In this document: in pieces, positions 37,015 through 47,763 of the stretch
How positions within the stretch are numbered: the stretch's first letter is position 1
Layout of the letters: each line of letters opens with the position of its first letter
Origin: a virus
IMG/VR virus record: IMGVR_UViG_3300024052_000085
Location: 14,759 to 78,758 of that record
Direction: 5' to 3' (one strand)
Length of the DNA: 64,000 nt
Position numbers and translations under genes: made by a program
Notes under the pieces: generated by a model
Told to the model about the DNA's origin: nothing
The model's input: the letters and a program-made list of their open reading frames with translations, nothing else
Database searches by the model: none

Positions 37015-37693
37015 TCCAAGTGGATACATTTGGTGCCCCCTATGTAAAGCAATGAGACCTGGAGGTCTTGCCGGACATCCTACAGATACTGAAGGTAGAT
37101 TGATAAATGCAGTAGTTCTACATAAAGACGTAGAACGTTCTACAGGCAATCCTTTTAAAGGAATAGATTTAGATCCTCAAGAAGCTTATAGAGCTAGTAC
37201 CCGTCAGAAAGGACGTTGGGTTGAGGGAGGTCCTGAAGCTGATCCCAAGATGTCTATAGGTCAATTAATAGATGTTATGGCTTGGAATCTTTATACTACA
37301 GCAGCAGCTTATAAGTCTAAACATCCGGGATCTACTATGGATCAGATTGCTTCAGGGATGAACTTAGATCACTTCTGGGAGCTAGCACAAGAATCTAGAG
37401 ATTCAGGTTTCTTAGATGAACAATACTCTAATGCATGGATATATGAAAATATAATCCTACAACCTAATACCTGGAATAGAGTAATAAGAGATCTCGAAGG
37501 TTATCAAGCTACCAACCGTAACCGTGTATGGGATAACTCTTATCTGAGTCCAGAACCAGGTTCTCGATCACGCCTACCTAAATCTGGAGGAGAAAAACGA
37601 AAGACATTCTACAGGAGACTATATCCTTCTATCAGAGGAGAGTCGACTGCAGGACCAGACGATCCAGGCAAGACTTCAGAATTCGGATTTTAG
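37007..37693 (+). CDS. Hypothetical protein
   Basis: Coupled ORF. Confidence 0.6.
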   Translation: MTSPSGYIWCPLCKAMRPGGLAGHPTDTEGRLINAVVLHKDVERSTGNPFKGIDLDPQEAYRASTRQKGRWVEGGPEADPKMSIGQLIDVMAWNLYTTAAAYKSKHPGSTMDQIASGMNLDHFWELAQESRDSGFLDEQYSNAWIYENIILQPNTWNRVIRDLEGYQATNRNRVWDNSYLSPEPGSRSRLPKSGGEKRKTFYRRLYPSIRGESTAGPDDPGKTSEFGF

Positions 37694-37696
37694 ATA

Positions 37697-37972
37697 ATGC
37701 CTAATAAACGTTACATTCTAACAGTTAAGTTTCCTACAAAGGATCCTAGTCCTCCAGAGATGCAGGAGTTCTATGAAAACCTTTCAGATACTCTAAATGA
37801 TAAATGGTACTATCAAGAGTATGGTGTTGCAGGTAAAAACAAAGGCTTTAGAAGAATTGGATTTCTTAATCTGACTCCTCTACAATTAAAAACAGTCAAG
37901 AAGAAAGCTAGAGAGTACCTTTCTAAAGTAACATTCTCTAAAAGCGTAAGTACAGAGAGGTCTGATGGCTAA
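37697..37972 (+). CDS. Hypothetical protein
   Basis: ORF in operon. Confidence 0.6.
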   Translation: MPNKRYILTVKFPTKDPSPPEMQEFYENLSDTLNDKWYYQEYGVAGKNKGFRRIGFLNLTPLQLKTVKKKAREYLSKVTFSKSVSTERSDG

Positions 37973-38534
37973 GAAAAGACGAAGGCTAAATCTAGATATA
38001 GGCTATGCTGATGGTGAACCTGTAAGAGGAACTACTATAGGACTAGATCCTTATCCACATTATCCTGAATCGGATTATCTGAAAGATCCAGAATTCATAG
38101 TACCTGATATACAAATTAAAGGAGAGGGTGAATCTCTTCCTTTTAAAACTGGTTCTTTAGATCGTACAACTTCTTTTTTCCCTGACGGAATAATGGCATT
38201 TCCTAATGAAGGATATGCTCAATTCAAGTCAAGAAAAATGTATCCTTATCCTGAAGATTTTGATCCTGAAGAACATTGGATAGCTCTTATAGAGAGTCTT
38301 AGAGTATTAAGACCTGGAGGAACTACTAGACATGTTTGGGATAATGAAATGGAAATCCCAACACCTTTACAAGTACGAAAGGATCCTTACTATCTAGCTC
38401 TGATACAGCTTCTTAAAAACCATGACATGGAAAATATTAAGATTGAGATAGAAGACAACGGTCTCCAAGGATGGGAAGATGGAGTACCTCAATATCATTA
38501 TGCATTCATATTGACTGCTAGGAAGAAAAAATAA
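37965..38534 (+). CDS. Class I methyltransferase-like protein
   Basis: LDIG, IGLD, LPFKTGSLD, ESLRVLRPGG. Confidence 0.7.
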   Translation: MAKKRRRLNLDIGYADGEPVRGTTIGLDPYPHYPESDYLKDPEFIVPDIQIKGEGESLPFKTGSLDRTTSFFPDGIMAFPNEGYAQFKSRKMYPYPEDFDPEEHWIALIESLRVLRPGGTTRHVWDNEMEIPTPLQVRKDPYYLALIQLLKNHDMENIKIEIEDNGLQGWEDGVPQYHYAFILTARKKK

Positions 38535-38545
38535 AGGAGAAATAG

Positions 38546-39958
38546 ATGGTACAAGTTTTACAAAGGCCTTGGGTTATTCCCTTAGCAATATTTATTATTG
38601 CTTCGGGATATTTCCTTTCTATGGCCGCAACGTTTCCTACATTTTTTAACGCAAATTCGGATTCAGCATTATTCTTAATAGCAGCTAAATTCCTTAGAAT
38701 AGGACATCCTAGCCCTGGCTATCCTTTATATACTTTAATAAACGCAGGCTGGTTATATATAACTCCTTTCTGGAGCGAGGTATTCTCTCTTACATTCCTT
38801 AACGTAATATTCTCTGGTGCAGTTGCTGGTATACTCTACTTAATAACTCGTACAGTGATGGCACCTCTACTTTGGATGTCTGCAGGTATAGTAGTAAGTC
38901 AATCTACCATCTTAGAGCAATATTCTTTGATGATTCTTTTTATGGTAGTCTCTTATTACTTCTATCGTCAAGATAAACGTTCCTTAGCTTATGCAATTGC
39001 AAGCTTTGGAATTATGGTAAACCATCAAGCAGGCTTTTGTATCATAGCTTACCTAGCTAACGATATATATCGCCATAATTCATTAAAACCTTTCTTGTGG
39101 TCTTTTATATCTCTTCCATTATTAGCTTATATACCTTTAGCTAACAGACCACCTTTTCTAATGATAGATGGAGACAGTCCAAGGAACTACATTAATTACT
39201 TCCTAGGTCAAAGAGGCCTCATAATGGGTCTATCTATAATTCCTACAGACGATCTAATAACCAGATCTTGGGAAACAGTCAGACTCGTATTAGGTGGATT
39301 AGGCATATCTGTAATACTTATATTCTTTGCGATTAAGAATACAATCAAAGATAGTATAGTCTTACCTATAATGTTCTTTCTACCTCTATTATATTACTTC
39401 GGTATGTTAAGCTCTTGGGCCTATACATATACATTGCCTATTATAGCATTCGGAATAATTCTAGCTTGTCAATACGAGTGGAAGTTTATTAGAAACGCTT
39501 GTATAGCAGGTTCTATAGTCCTTATAGCTATGAATTTCATGTGGTATGACTTCGGAAGAACATTAGATGAAGAAAGAACCAACGTACAATTCTTAGAGAC
39601 ATTAGAAGAACTTCCATCAGACGCTGTAGTAATAAGTAATAAAGGATTTCTAACTCCTTTATGGATAATGTTACATAATCTAGAAAACGATACAGAAATT
39701 AAAAATCTCAGTTGGGATCTCTTAGGAGAGTATGCTACCAATACTAAAGATTGGAATCCTGATTTAGATGTTCTTGTTAATGCTGAAGAGGATGGAAGAT
39801 TATATGAGTATTCTTTGATAGATGCAAAGACTTTAGAAGTACAACTTAAACAGTTAGATAAGGACGATAAAGAATATACTGATTTTATTAAGTGGTTAGA
39901 AAGTCCAATAACTGCAAGATTAGACTGTAAGCTTAGAGAGAGGCAATGGACATGTTAA
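38546..39958 (+). CDS. DUF2723/TMEM260-like GT-C membrane glycosyltransferase
   Basis: DS..F..AA..L.I.HP.PGYPLY motif, many TM helices, SQS...E.Y. Confidence 0.75.
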   Translation: MVQVLQRPWVIPLAIFIIASGYFLSMAATFPTFFNANSDSALFLIAAKFLRIGHPSPGYPLYTLINAGWLYITPFWSEVFSLTFLNVIFSGAVAGILYLITRTVMAPLLWMSAGIVVSQSTILEQYSLMILFMVVSYYFYRQDKRSLAYAIASFGIMVNHQAGFCIIAYLANDIYRHNSLKPFLWSFISLPLLAYIPLANRPPFLMIDGDSPRNYINYFLGQRGLIMGLSIIPTDDLITRSWETVRLVLGGLGISVILIFFAIKNTIKDSIVLPIMFFLPLLYYFGMLSSWAYTYTLPIIAFGIILACQYEWKFIRNACIAGSIVLIAMNFMWYDFGRTLDEERTNVQFLETLEELPSDAVVISNKGFLTPLWIMLHNLENDTEIKNLSWDLLGEYATNTKDWNPDLDVLVNAEEDGRLYEYSLIDAKTLEVQLKQLDKDDKEYTDFIKWLESPITARLDCKLRERQWTC

Positions 39959-40257
39959 CCAAAATCATTCAGGGAGCTTCAGTACTACTAATTCCTGTAT
40001 GGATCCTACTAGCATATTTGTCAGTACCTTTAGTGACAGGAGTTGAAATAGTATACCCGCTTAGAGGAGTAATTCTGTCAGGGAAGAATGCTTTATTCTT
40101 TTTCAACATTATAGCTGTAGCTGCTATGGGAGGTTATTTAGCTAGTAAGTTTAGGAATAACAAACCAGTATATATTGCTATACAAACTACAACATTTATT
40201 CTGGTAATTCTAATAGCTTGGATAACTTCGAAGATTCAGCATTCTTATACAATATAA
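39946..40257 (+). CDS. Three-TM membrane protein
   Basis: Hydrophobicity; overlaps the GT-C gene. Confidence 0.65.
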   Translation: MDMLTKIIQGASVLLIPVWILLAYLSVPLVTGVEIVYPLRGVILSGKNALFFFNIIAVAAMGGYLASKFRNNKPVYIAIQTTTFILVILIAWITSKIQHSYTI

Positions 40258-40258
40258 T

Positions 40259-40405
40259 ATGGGTAAGAAAAGAAGACTATTCAAGATCAGGTTTAAAGTA
40301 AATGGCAAAGCTAAGACATATAGAACGATGGCTAAGTCTAGTCATGATGCTGCAAAGAGAATGAAAAGTATAGGTCAAATAATTAGTATAACTCAGGAAC
40401 ATTAG
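40259..40405 (+). CDS. Small basic protein (48 aa, not in the ORF track)
   Basis: MGKKRRLFKIRFKVNGKAKTYRTMAKSSHDAAKRM... Confidence 0.55.
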   Translation: MGKKRRLFKIRFKVNGKAKTYRTMAKSSHDAAKRMKSIGQIISITQEH

Positions 40406-40424
40406 CTCACACCACACCATATAT

Positions 40425-40450
40425 AGCATCAGATCAAATTAGAGTAAAAT
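40425..40450 (+). promoter_or_regulatory. Virus-specific promoter motif
   Basis: AGCATCAGATCAAA-N6-TAAAAT. Confidence 0.6.
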
Positions 40451-40481
40451 ATCCATATAGAAGTACAAAAAGAGGTTTCGT

Positions 40482-42515
40482 ATGGCAGCTACCGTACATA
40501 ATTATGAAGCAGGCGACGTGGTATCTATTACGTCCCAAAAAGGTTTCTATACAGAAGAGTTCGGTGAGATAAATAGAAGTAAGCCCGGAGGTCCCGGATT
40601 ACTGCGTCTAAATCCTGGAATTGAGACGAAGTATTCTATTTGCTTTATTGATGCAGACGGTGATGGTAATGTAGACACTACCGAATGTATTTGGATTCCT
40701 ATTCCTAACACTATAGGTGTTATGGCAGTTCATGGTTATGGATTAAACTTTCCTATTCCTCCTACTGACGAAGGCGTAAACCTACTTCGTAGTGCATTTA
40801 GGAAAGTAAGGGGAGCTGCTGCTAATGTTCTTGAACTAGGTAGTCCGAGTCCTCGGGAAAATAGAGAGCAAAGAGACGCTCCTTCAGACGATAAGAGGAT
40901 GTATATAACTGACGAGGGAATGCAAGCCTTCGACGATGTATATACTAGAGAACAAGAAAGAGTACAACAACTAAAAGGTCCTGAAGCTCTTTCAGAAGCA
41001 AAGAAGATACGTCAAGATCGTGCAGATATCCTTTCATTCATTAATGAGAAGAGATCAGATAAAGAAATTCATGCTAGATTTGGTGACTCAGAATTCCATC
41101 GCATGAAAGCCGAAGGGCATTATTCATATAATGAAGAAGACTGGCATTTTTATGAATCAGAAGAATCTGAAGAAACAGTAGCAGACTCTTCAGGTCAAGA
41201 TCTGTATAATCTAGAAGGTCCCGAAAGTGTATTTGAAGCTGGCAAAGAAACTTCAGAAACAAGACCAGATCAAGATACTGATTTAGTAGTATCAGAACCA
41301 GAAGTATCTACTGAAGTATCAGACTCTCCAGGTCCCAAAGCTTCCAGAAATGGTAAACGTGCTTTGGGTAATATAGCTAACTTAGGTAGATCATTTGCTA
41401 TTGGAAAATTAGCCCAGACAGATATAGGACAGAAGCTTGGTGTAGAAGCAAGAACACATAGAATGCTTGCACATATTCCAATTGAGACAGCTGTTGTATT
41501 CTTATCAGATATGCCAGAGCTTGGAGTTGAAAAGAATGATAAGGGTACAGTTAAATTAGGTCCTAGAGGAAGAGAAAAGGTTGTTTACTTTGGTGAAGGT
41601 GAATACGTTATACCAAAGCAAAATACTATTCTTGGTTTAGCAACCTCTGCTCCTACTCAAGCAACTTCAGTTACAGCTATTACAGGTAAGTGGGGAGCTA
41701 CTTCAACTACACCATCTAGTGTTCTTTCTTCTATAGATCCTTTTACAGGTAGAAGTTCAAGAAGTTCAATAGACTTTAATGACGGTTTACCTCCAGGTTT
41801 TAATGCTGAACACTATGCAAGTTTATCTCGTACGGCACGAAATCAATACTTAAGATCTTTTAAAAGTATTGATATAGGATATATAGGTACTGCAAAAGAG
41901 CGTAACACAAGACCTAGCATTGAAAGAAAAATACAAGCCAGACTTAGAAAAGAAAACCAACATATTCAAAGTCAAAGCGAATCAGAAGAAAGAAGGAAGA
42001 ATAAAGCACCCAGACCCCCCAGCGCAACTACTATAAGAGAATCGATGGTTAAAGTTGTCTTTGACGAAGAAACAGATCGCTGGGTAGCTCTAATACAAAT
42101 ACCTTCTGACAGAGTTCCTTCTACTGCAGTAGCTCCTGGAGGTATAGATCTGGAAACTTCTAGATGGAAACCTATTTCAACCTCTGAGAGAAATAAAATA
42201 CAAAATGTTATAGAGGAATGGAAACGTCTTAATCCGAGTAAAATTCCAAACTACGAAATACGCGATAAACTAAAGATAGGTACTCAAGACAGTGCTATTC
42301 GAGATATCTATAGCGGAAATATAGGAATGGATAGAAGCGATATTGATGACGTAGCAAATTTTGTTGATGACGGTATGATTAATTTCGTTCAACAACATGC
42401 TACAGGACAACCAGGCTATACAAGCGAAGACATGTCTAAAATTAATTTAGGTAGAGGTTTTGAAATCAATCCACAAAACTTAGAACACGATTATAGTTTT
42501 GACGATGAAGAATAA
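40482..42515 (+). CDS. Large multidomain hypothetical protein
   Basis: 677-aa ORF with RBS; internal YITDEG wHTH-like segment. Confidence 0.65.
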   Translation: MAATVHNYEAGDVVSITSQKGFYTEEFGEINRSKPGGPGLLRLNPGIETKYSICFIDADGDGNVDTTECIWIPIPNTIGVMAVHGYGLNFPIPPTDEGVNLLRSAFRKVRGAAANVLELGSPSPRENREQRDAPSDDKRMYITDEGMQAFDDVYTREQERVQQLKGPEALSEAKKIRQDRADILSFINEKRSDKEIHARFGDSEFHRMKAEGHYSYNEEDWHFYESEESEETVADSSGQDLYNLEGPESVFEAGKETSETRPDQDTDLVVSEPEVSTEVSDSPGPKASRNGKRALGNIANLGRSFAIGKLAQTDIGQKLGVEARTHRMLAHIPIETAVVFLSDMPELGVEKNDKGTVKLGPRGREKVVYFGEGEYVIPKQNTILGLATSAPTQATSVTAITGKWGATSTTPSSVLSSIDPFTGRSSRSSIDFNDGLPPGFNAEHYASLSRTARNQYLRSFKSIDIGYIGTAKERNTRPSIERKIQARLRKENQHIQSQSESEERRKNKAPRPPSATTIRESMVKVVFDEETDRWVALIQIPSDRVPSTAVAPGGIDLETSRWKPISTSERNKIQNVIEEWKRLNPSKIPNYEIRDKLKIGTQDSAIRDIYSGNIGMDRSDIDDVANFVDDGMINFVQQHATGQPGYTSEDMSKINLGRGFEINPQNLEHDYSFDDEE

Positions 42516-42895
42516 TGGTTATTAAAGTTAGATTAGGTAAAACTGTACGTCCTTGGGGAACTTTCTATGATTTAGAAAGAGAAGAGGGTTATCTAGTAAA
42601 GAAACTACACTTACGTCCCGAATCTCGTACTAGTCTACAATATCATACAGAAAGAGAAGAAGTATGGGTTGTAGTAAGTGGCCATGGTAACGCTTGGCAC
42701 CAAAGTATGTTTGATACTAACGATCCTGTATGTGAAACCATAGGTGTTGGCGATACTCTTAGAGTTGGAATAGGAGAACCTCATAGAATAGAAAATACTT
42801 CTACATCTGAAGATTTAGTTATAGTAGAAGTTCAACTTGGTGAAATTTGCGATGAAGAAGATATAGTTAGAATAGCTGATGATTACGGAAGATAA
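42515..42895 (+). CDS. Mannose-6-phosphate isomerase type II-like cupin
   Basis: RPWG, SLQYH..REE.W.VVSG, HRIEN, IVEVQLG...EEDIVR..DDYGR. Confidence 0.9.
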   Translation: MVIKVRLGKTVRPWGTFYDLEREEGYLVKKLHLRPESRTSLQYHTEREEVWVVVSGHGNAWHQSMFDTNDPVCETIGVGDTLRVGIGEPHRIENTSTSEDLVIVEVQLGEICDEEDIVRIADDYGR

Positions 42896-42933
42896 GGGGT
42901 AATTATTTAAGGCCGCAGTTAATTATTTACCCC
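42896..42933 (+). terminator. Intergenic hairpin
   Basis: GGGGTAA...TTACCCC imperfect stem. Confidence 0.45.
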
Positions 42934-42985
42934 AGAGATCAGACATCCTCAAGATCAACCCCACTTTTATTAGGAGAGCAAAATT

Positions 42986-43300
42986 ATGACTATGTATTAT
43001 CCAACAATTAAAGGTATGAAGCTAACTCAGAAGAGCGACTTTGATCCCAGTAGTAAAATTGAAGATTATATATTCAATGAACTTATGTCTAAGCCGTGGA
43101 CTGAAGAGGATTACTTTAGAGAACATCTAGGTCATGGACCTAAACCTAGTTGGAGAAATCTAAACCCAGCAGAAACTATATGGAAGAACTCTATTAGAAA
43201 TGGTTTCATAAGTAGTAATCCTGAAGATAACTTCTATACTATAAGAAGCCACTCTACTTACGGAGAACAAGTAGAATTTATGCAAGATCCTACTATATGA
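42986..43300 (+). CDS. Permuted wHTH-like protein
   Basis: YYPTIKG...NGFIS. Confidence 0.55.
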   Translation: MTMYYPTIKGMKLTQKSDFDPSSKIEDYIFNELMSKPWTEEDYFREHLGHGPKPSWRNLNPAETIWKNSIRNGFISSNPEDNFYTIRSHSTYGEQVEFMQDPTI

Positions 43301-43503
43301 GAATAACTAAAGAACATACAACCATACACGGTGGTCCGATACCTGAGAAAAGAGTATTAGCTGATAAGAAATTCATTATCAATGAGAAGCTTAAAAAGAT
43401 AGTTATTAAGCACCAAAGAGGTTTTTTAAGCGATCGCCAAAAGGCTGAGTTAATAGCTGTACACTTAAAAGAATATAAGGAATTGGAAGATGCCATTCGA
43501 TAA
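43297..43503 (+). CDS. Hypothetical protein
   Basis: Coupled ORF. Confidence 0.55.
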   Translation: MRITKEHTTIHGGPIPEKRVLADKKFIINEKLKKIVIKHQRGFLSDRQKAELIAVHLKEYKELEDAIR

Positions 43504-43918
43504 AATATTCGGTAAATTAAATAGAGGAGTAATTCAACCTGCAGAATCTCAAATTTCTGTAGGTTTCGATCTTGACGATTCTACCCAGAAAGATTGGATG
43601 AACGAAAAGAATTGGAGTAATACTTTCTCAAGCAGAGTATTTTATCCTACATCTTTAGGTATAGAATGGTACTCTAGTATTAGCGATCGTGCACCTGCCC
43701 ATGTTAAGTTTATGATGTCTAAAAGTCCTATGACTAAACTTAACTACCTAGATAAGTATCATAATGATGGTAGAGCAGATTCTGATATAGCCCAAGCTTT
43801 AAGTCTAGGATATATTTCTTTTAACCCTCAAGATAATGCAGCTGAAAGAGATATTGCTCTAACCGAAGGGTTTACTTTAGAAGACCATTTAGATAATACT
43901 CCTAAACATAAGACTTGA
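43490..43918 (+). CDS. Permuted wHTH-like protein
   Basis: FYPTSLG...LGYIS. Confidence 0.55.
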   Translation: MPFDKIFGKLNRGVIQPAESQISVGFDLDDSTQKDWMNEKNWSNTFSSRVFYPTSLGIEWYSSISDRAPAHVKFMMSKSPMTKLNYLDKYHNDGRADSDIAQALSLGYISFNPQDNAAERDIALTEGFTLEDHLDNTPKHKT

Positions 43919-43951
43919 CCCTATACTGGAGACCCTCTGTAAGAGGATATA

Positions 43952-45088
43952 ATGAGAATTAAGTTTCCTAAATGGCGAAAACAGAACGAAGAAGATCTTT
44001 TAACTCCTGATGAGTTAAGAGAGCTTGCTGAGGAAGAAATTGAAGTAGAAATGCTACCTGGATATCCTCACGAAATTCATCCTGTAGGCCTAGTATCTGG
44101 AAGTGGAGTACCTATAACAGATAGTAGAATTTCTGGTCCTGGTACCTATAAATCAGATAGGGGAGGAGTTGCTGAGTTTGCAAGAGAATTTGAAGTTGGA
44201 GATGATTCACTACAAGCTGGATTAGAATTCGAAAGAGATAAATATCCTACTGATTATTCTAAGATAGTAGGAATTCCAAAGTATACTACTAGAGCAATTA
44301 GTCATAAAGATCCTTGGGAAGTATCTGAAGATCTTTCTCACCGCAAAGGTAAGGGAAGTGTAGCAGGCATAAACAAACCTCCTGGAGAAGGTTGGCCAGA
44401 TGTTATGGGCTTTGGAAGTCCTAAAGCTAATGAAATACATTGGCCTTTAAAAGGTATAGATGGTGAACTAGACCATCTCGATGTCTTAGCACATGAAATA
44501 TCACATAAAGCTCTCGGACATTTTGATAAAAAAGCAACATCTGTAGGGCAATCTATAGAGTCTTATAACATATCTAAATTACCTTTTGTTGTAAAACAGC
44601 ATCCAGAATTAATATCCGGAGGAACTACTAACGAGTACAGAGAGATCTTTGTGCAATCAGGTCAAATACTAGATGAATTTGAAGTTAGACTTTATCAAGA
44701 AGCTGAAGAATATCCAATAGACAAAGCATGTAGATTCGATAGATTTGTTAAAACAACAAAACAGAATACTCCTAGAGACTGGCCTTCAGGAATAATAGAT
44801 AGCATAGCAATACAAGCATTAATAAATATGACTCAAGAGGGAGTCATTCACGAAAAGACTGCGAGATTATATATACAGAGAATCAGAGGGGTGACCCCTA
44901 AGGAAGTACGTAGGCATTCTCCTTTAGGTTTATCAGATGAACTAGATCTTGGAGATAGAATATACGATCCAGATGATCTTTGGATGGGACAAAGTTCAGC
45001 GAGCGAAGAAGAATATTTTCAAGCTCTCGAACAAGATAAAAGGAAATGGAGAAGAGTAGGTACTAAAAAAGGAAAGTGGACTAGATAG
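43952..45088 (+). CDS. Putative HExxH metallopeptidase-domain protein
   Basis: VLAHEISH. Confidence 0.5.
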   Translation: MRIKFPKWRKQNEEDLLTPDELRELAEEEIEVEMLPGYPHEIHPVGLVSGSGVPITDSRISGPGTYKSDRGGVAEFAREFEVGDDSLQAGLEFERDKYPTDYSKIVGIPKYTTRAISHKDPWEVSEDLSHRKGKGSVAGINKPPGEGWPDVMGFGSPKANEIHWPLKGIDGELDHLDVLAHEISHKALGHFDKKATSVGQSIESYNISKLPFVVKQHPELISGGTTNEYREIFVQSGQILDEFEVRLYQEAEEYPIDKACRFDRFVKTTKQNTPRDWPSGIIDSIAIQALINMTQEGVIHEKTARLYIQRIRGVTPKEVRRHSPLGLSDELDLGDRIYDPDDLWMGQSSASEEEYFQALEQDKRKWRRVGTKKGKWTR

Positions 45089-45345
45089 TGGAAGGTTTAG
45101 GAAGTGCAATAGTGGGTTTATTTGGTATAGCTGCACTAGCTGCAGTCTATAAGACTTTTCAAGATGGTGGAAGGCCGACTAAATACGAACTACATGAAAC
45201 CTTTAAGACCAAAACCGAAGCATCCAAAGAAGCAGCTAGAATGAGAGCTAAAGGAATTAAAGCTAGATTTACAAAATCTGGCAATAAATTTAATGTTTGG
45301 ATTAGCGAAAAGACTTCAAATATGATGACTTGGCCTTATAACTAA
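45088..45345 (+). CDS. Membrane-anchored SPOR-like small protein
   Basis: N-terminal TM; FKTKTEA...A..MRAKGIKA...FNVWI. Confidence 0.55.
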   Translation: MEGLGSAIVGLFGIAALAAVYKTFQDGGRPTKYELHETFKTKTEASKEAARMRAKGIKARFTKSGNKFNVWISEKTSNMMTWPYN

Positions 45346-45917
45346 TGAATTACCAATTAAATTATAAAGGACCAGAATATTTAAGTAGTCTAAAAGGCGT
45401 TTGGGAAGATACTATACCGGAAGTAGGATCTCCAGGTTTCAAAAGAACTTTAGATAACATATTTGAAGAGGGTTCTTCATATCCATCAGCTAAAATTATC
45501 CAATCCATTTTCATTCTAAAAGCTTTAACAGGTAGAGAGAAAAAACGTCTATCTAGAATAACAAACAAACTTTGGGAAGAAGGAAAAATAGATCTAGACG
45601 AGGCTTCGCGTAGAGAGCTTCAGCAATATAAACTTGCTTATCCTATATTATCTTACGAACAGTTAAGAAGCAAAATTCCGGCTAGAGTAAGAACAATGAA
45701 AAAACAAGACTCTATAATGAAAACCGAAGAAGAGTTAATAGCTGAAGGTTACAGCTTAGTTTTTGAAGAACCATATCAGGGGATTGTAGATACTCGAGGT
45801 ACTTGGAGAGATTCCGAGGGTTTTGGAGCTAGTAGAGAAAAGTATTTTGTAACTTCTTTACCTTGGGAGCAGACTCTAGAAGATCTAGTAGACGAAGAAT
45901 ACGTATTAGAGTTTTAA
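45345..45917 (+). CDS. Hypothetical protein (permuted wHTH-like)
   Basis: YQLNYKG N-terminus; LEDLVDEEYV C-terminus. Confidence 0.55.
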   Translation: MNYQLNYKGPEYLSSLKGVWEDTIPEVGSPGFKRTLDNIFEEGSSYPSAKIIQSIFILKALTGREKKRLSRITNKLWEEGKIDLDEASRRELQQYKLAYPILSYEQLRSKIPARVRTMKKQDSIMKTEEELIAEGYSLVFEEPYQGIVDTRGTWRDSEGFGASREKYFVTSLPWEQTLEDLVDEEYVLEF

Positions 45918-45920
45918 TTT

Positions 45921-46391
45921 ATGAGTACTTATAACGATAGCGGAAGAAGAATAGCTCCAGGTTCTGATCCTGAAGTTCTTGAACATATTTTTGAAATAAA
46001 ACAAGAGATAGGGAAAGCTCGTCAGAAAGAAGCACGTAAAAATAATTCTTGGAAGTATAGACATACTGAGAAGGGAATAGATACACGAAAGAACTATAGA
46101 AAGAATACTGTTAAAGGTATTCAACATAGAATTAATACTCTCATAAACAGACGGGACGAACTTGCAGCAGCAAAAATGCTTAGCAGTCAAAAATACGATA
46201 CCAGCGAGATGTTTTGGAACATTAAAGAACAGTTTCCAGAAATGTCTATAGAGGGTATCGTAAAAGTTATGAGTATGAGACCTAGTAAACTTAGAGGTCA
46301 AGAATCTATTTTAGACTTTTTAGATAGCTTAGGAGAAGTACAAGGTCCTGGAGCTGAATTCTATAACTATCCAGGAGGTAGCGATATCTAA
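45921..46391 (+). CDS. Hypothetical basic protein
   Basis: YRHTEKG..RKNY motif. Confidence 0.6.
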   Translation: MSTYNDSGRRIAPGSDPEVLEHIFEIKQEIGKARQKEARKNNSWKYRHTEKGIDTRKNYRKNTVKGIQHRINTLINRRDELAAAKMLSSQKYDTSEMFWNIKEQFPEMSIEGIVKVMSMRPSKLRGQESILDFLDSLGEVQGPGAEFYNYPGGSDI

Positions 46392-47347
46392 TGCCAGAAG
46401 AACTACCTGATCGAATAAGAGAGCGTATCTACGATCCAGATAAAGATGAAGCTGCTATAGCTCGTAGAAAAAAAGAAGAGCCTAAATCAGCTAATCCTAA
46501 AGGAACGCGAAGAGCAAGTATACCTGGTTATATGACTTTAGACTCGAAATTTCGAGATTATATCCATATAGCAGCTCTAAAATATATGTGGGAATATGAT
46601 TCTGTTCCCGTAGTAGATGCTCGTACAGATGAAGATGATTGGAAAACTTTAGAGTGGTCTAACTTTAAAAAGATACTTATAAAGGAAATAGATGGTAGAG
46701 GATACAATCAAATTCAAAGAGAGCTTATAGACGATTATGAAGAGCTGACTGGATTACAAAAAAAGATATTATCTTTCATTCGAGTTTCTAGAGATGGTCT
46801 AATTAGTGGATATCGTGCAAGAATAGAAGAGCATAATAAACAACTTGAAAACCCTGAGAGAATCACTCAGTTACAAAGACGTAAGCCTGAAGGTTATTAT
46901 ACTAAAACTAGAAAACCCGGAGTTAGAGGAAGACCTACAGGGTCTTTTAAATCTCCCGAAGAAAGAAAAGCTGATAAAGAAAAAAGAGATAAATTCAAAG
47001 AGTCTATAGAAATAGAACAGGCTGCTGAAGCAGAAGTATCTCTTGATTTCTGGAGGCTGTCTACATTACCTCTAGAAGAGGACGGATTAGGCCTTGAGGA
47101 GCCAATGCTTCTCGAAGACTGGCAAGAAATGAAACTTGCAGAAATAAAAGAAAGACAGACTAGAGGAGAGTCTTCAGATGCTGCTTTAGAAGATTTACCT
47201 AGTTGGGCTAGAAGAGCTATACTAGAAAAAGGCCTTTCAGACTTATTAGTAGCAATAGAATCTGAAGAACCTGGTGAATTCAATGAAAACCTTTTTTCTA
47301 TCGATATGAGTATAGAATCTGACGATAATGAAGAGGTCGAAATATAA
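46391..47347 (+). CDS. Hypothetical protein with AT-hook-like motif
   Basis: KPGVRGRPTGS. Confidence 0.6.
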   Translation: MPEELPDRIRERIYDPDKDEAAIARRKKEEPKSANPKGTRRASIPGYMTLDSKFRDYIHIAALKYMWEYDSVPVVDARTDEDDWKTLEWSNFKKILIKEIDGRGYNQIQRELIDDYEELTGLQKKILSFIRVSRDGLISGYRARIEEHNKQLENPERITQLQRRKPEGYYTKTRKPGVRGRPTGSFKSPEERKADKEKRDKFKESIEIEQAAEAEVSLDFWRLSTLPLEEDGLGLEEPMLLEDWQEMKLAEIKERQTRGESSDAALEDLPSWARRAILEKGLSDLLVAIESEEPGEFNENLFSIDMSIESDDNEEVEI

Positions 47348-47763
47348 TGGTATCTCGTGATTACACTTTAAATACAAAACTAGTACAAGCATTGCAGAAG
47401 GATAGTCCTGATCATGTTTATCTACGTACAATCTACGGAACTACAGTAAGACTTAAAAAGTCAAAAGTTAGAGCATTTATTCGCACCTTACAAAAAATGA
47501 AAGCAGCAAGAGCATCTGGAATGGTAAACCAACCTTTCAGTTATAAGAGAATTATTATGAATGCTCCAGAATATGTATTAATAATACCTGCAATAGCTGC
47601 TGAGTATCCTGACTTAATAAACGATGAAATTATGGACTACTTTGATGAATGTTCTCAACATATAGAAGATGCTGCTGTATACTTACTAAGTGAAGCATAT
47701 AAGAATAAATCGAGTACTAAAGAAGTTAAACCGAAACCTTTAGATACATCCGATGCTGAATAA
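47347..47763 (+). CDS. Hypothetical protein
   Basis: Coupled ORF. Confidence 0.6.
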   Translation: MVSRDYTLNTKLVQALQKDSPDHVYLRTIYGTTVRLKKSKVRAFIRTLQKMKAARASGMVNQPFSYKRIIMNAPEYVLIIPAIAAEYPDLINDEIMDYFDECSQHIEDAAVYLLSEAYKNKSSTKEVKPKPLDTSDAE

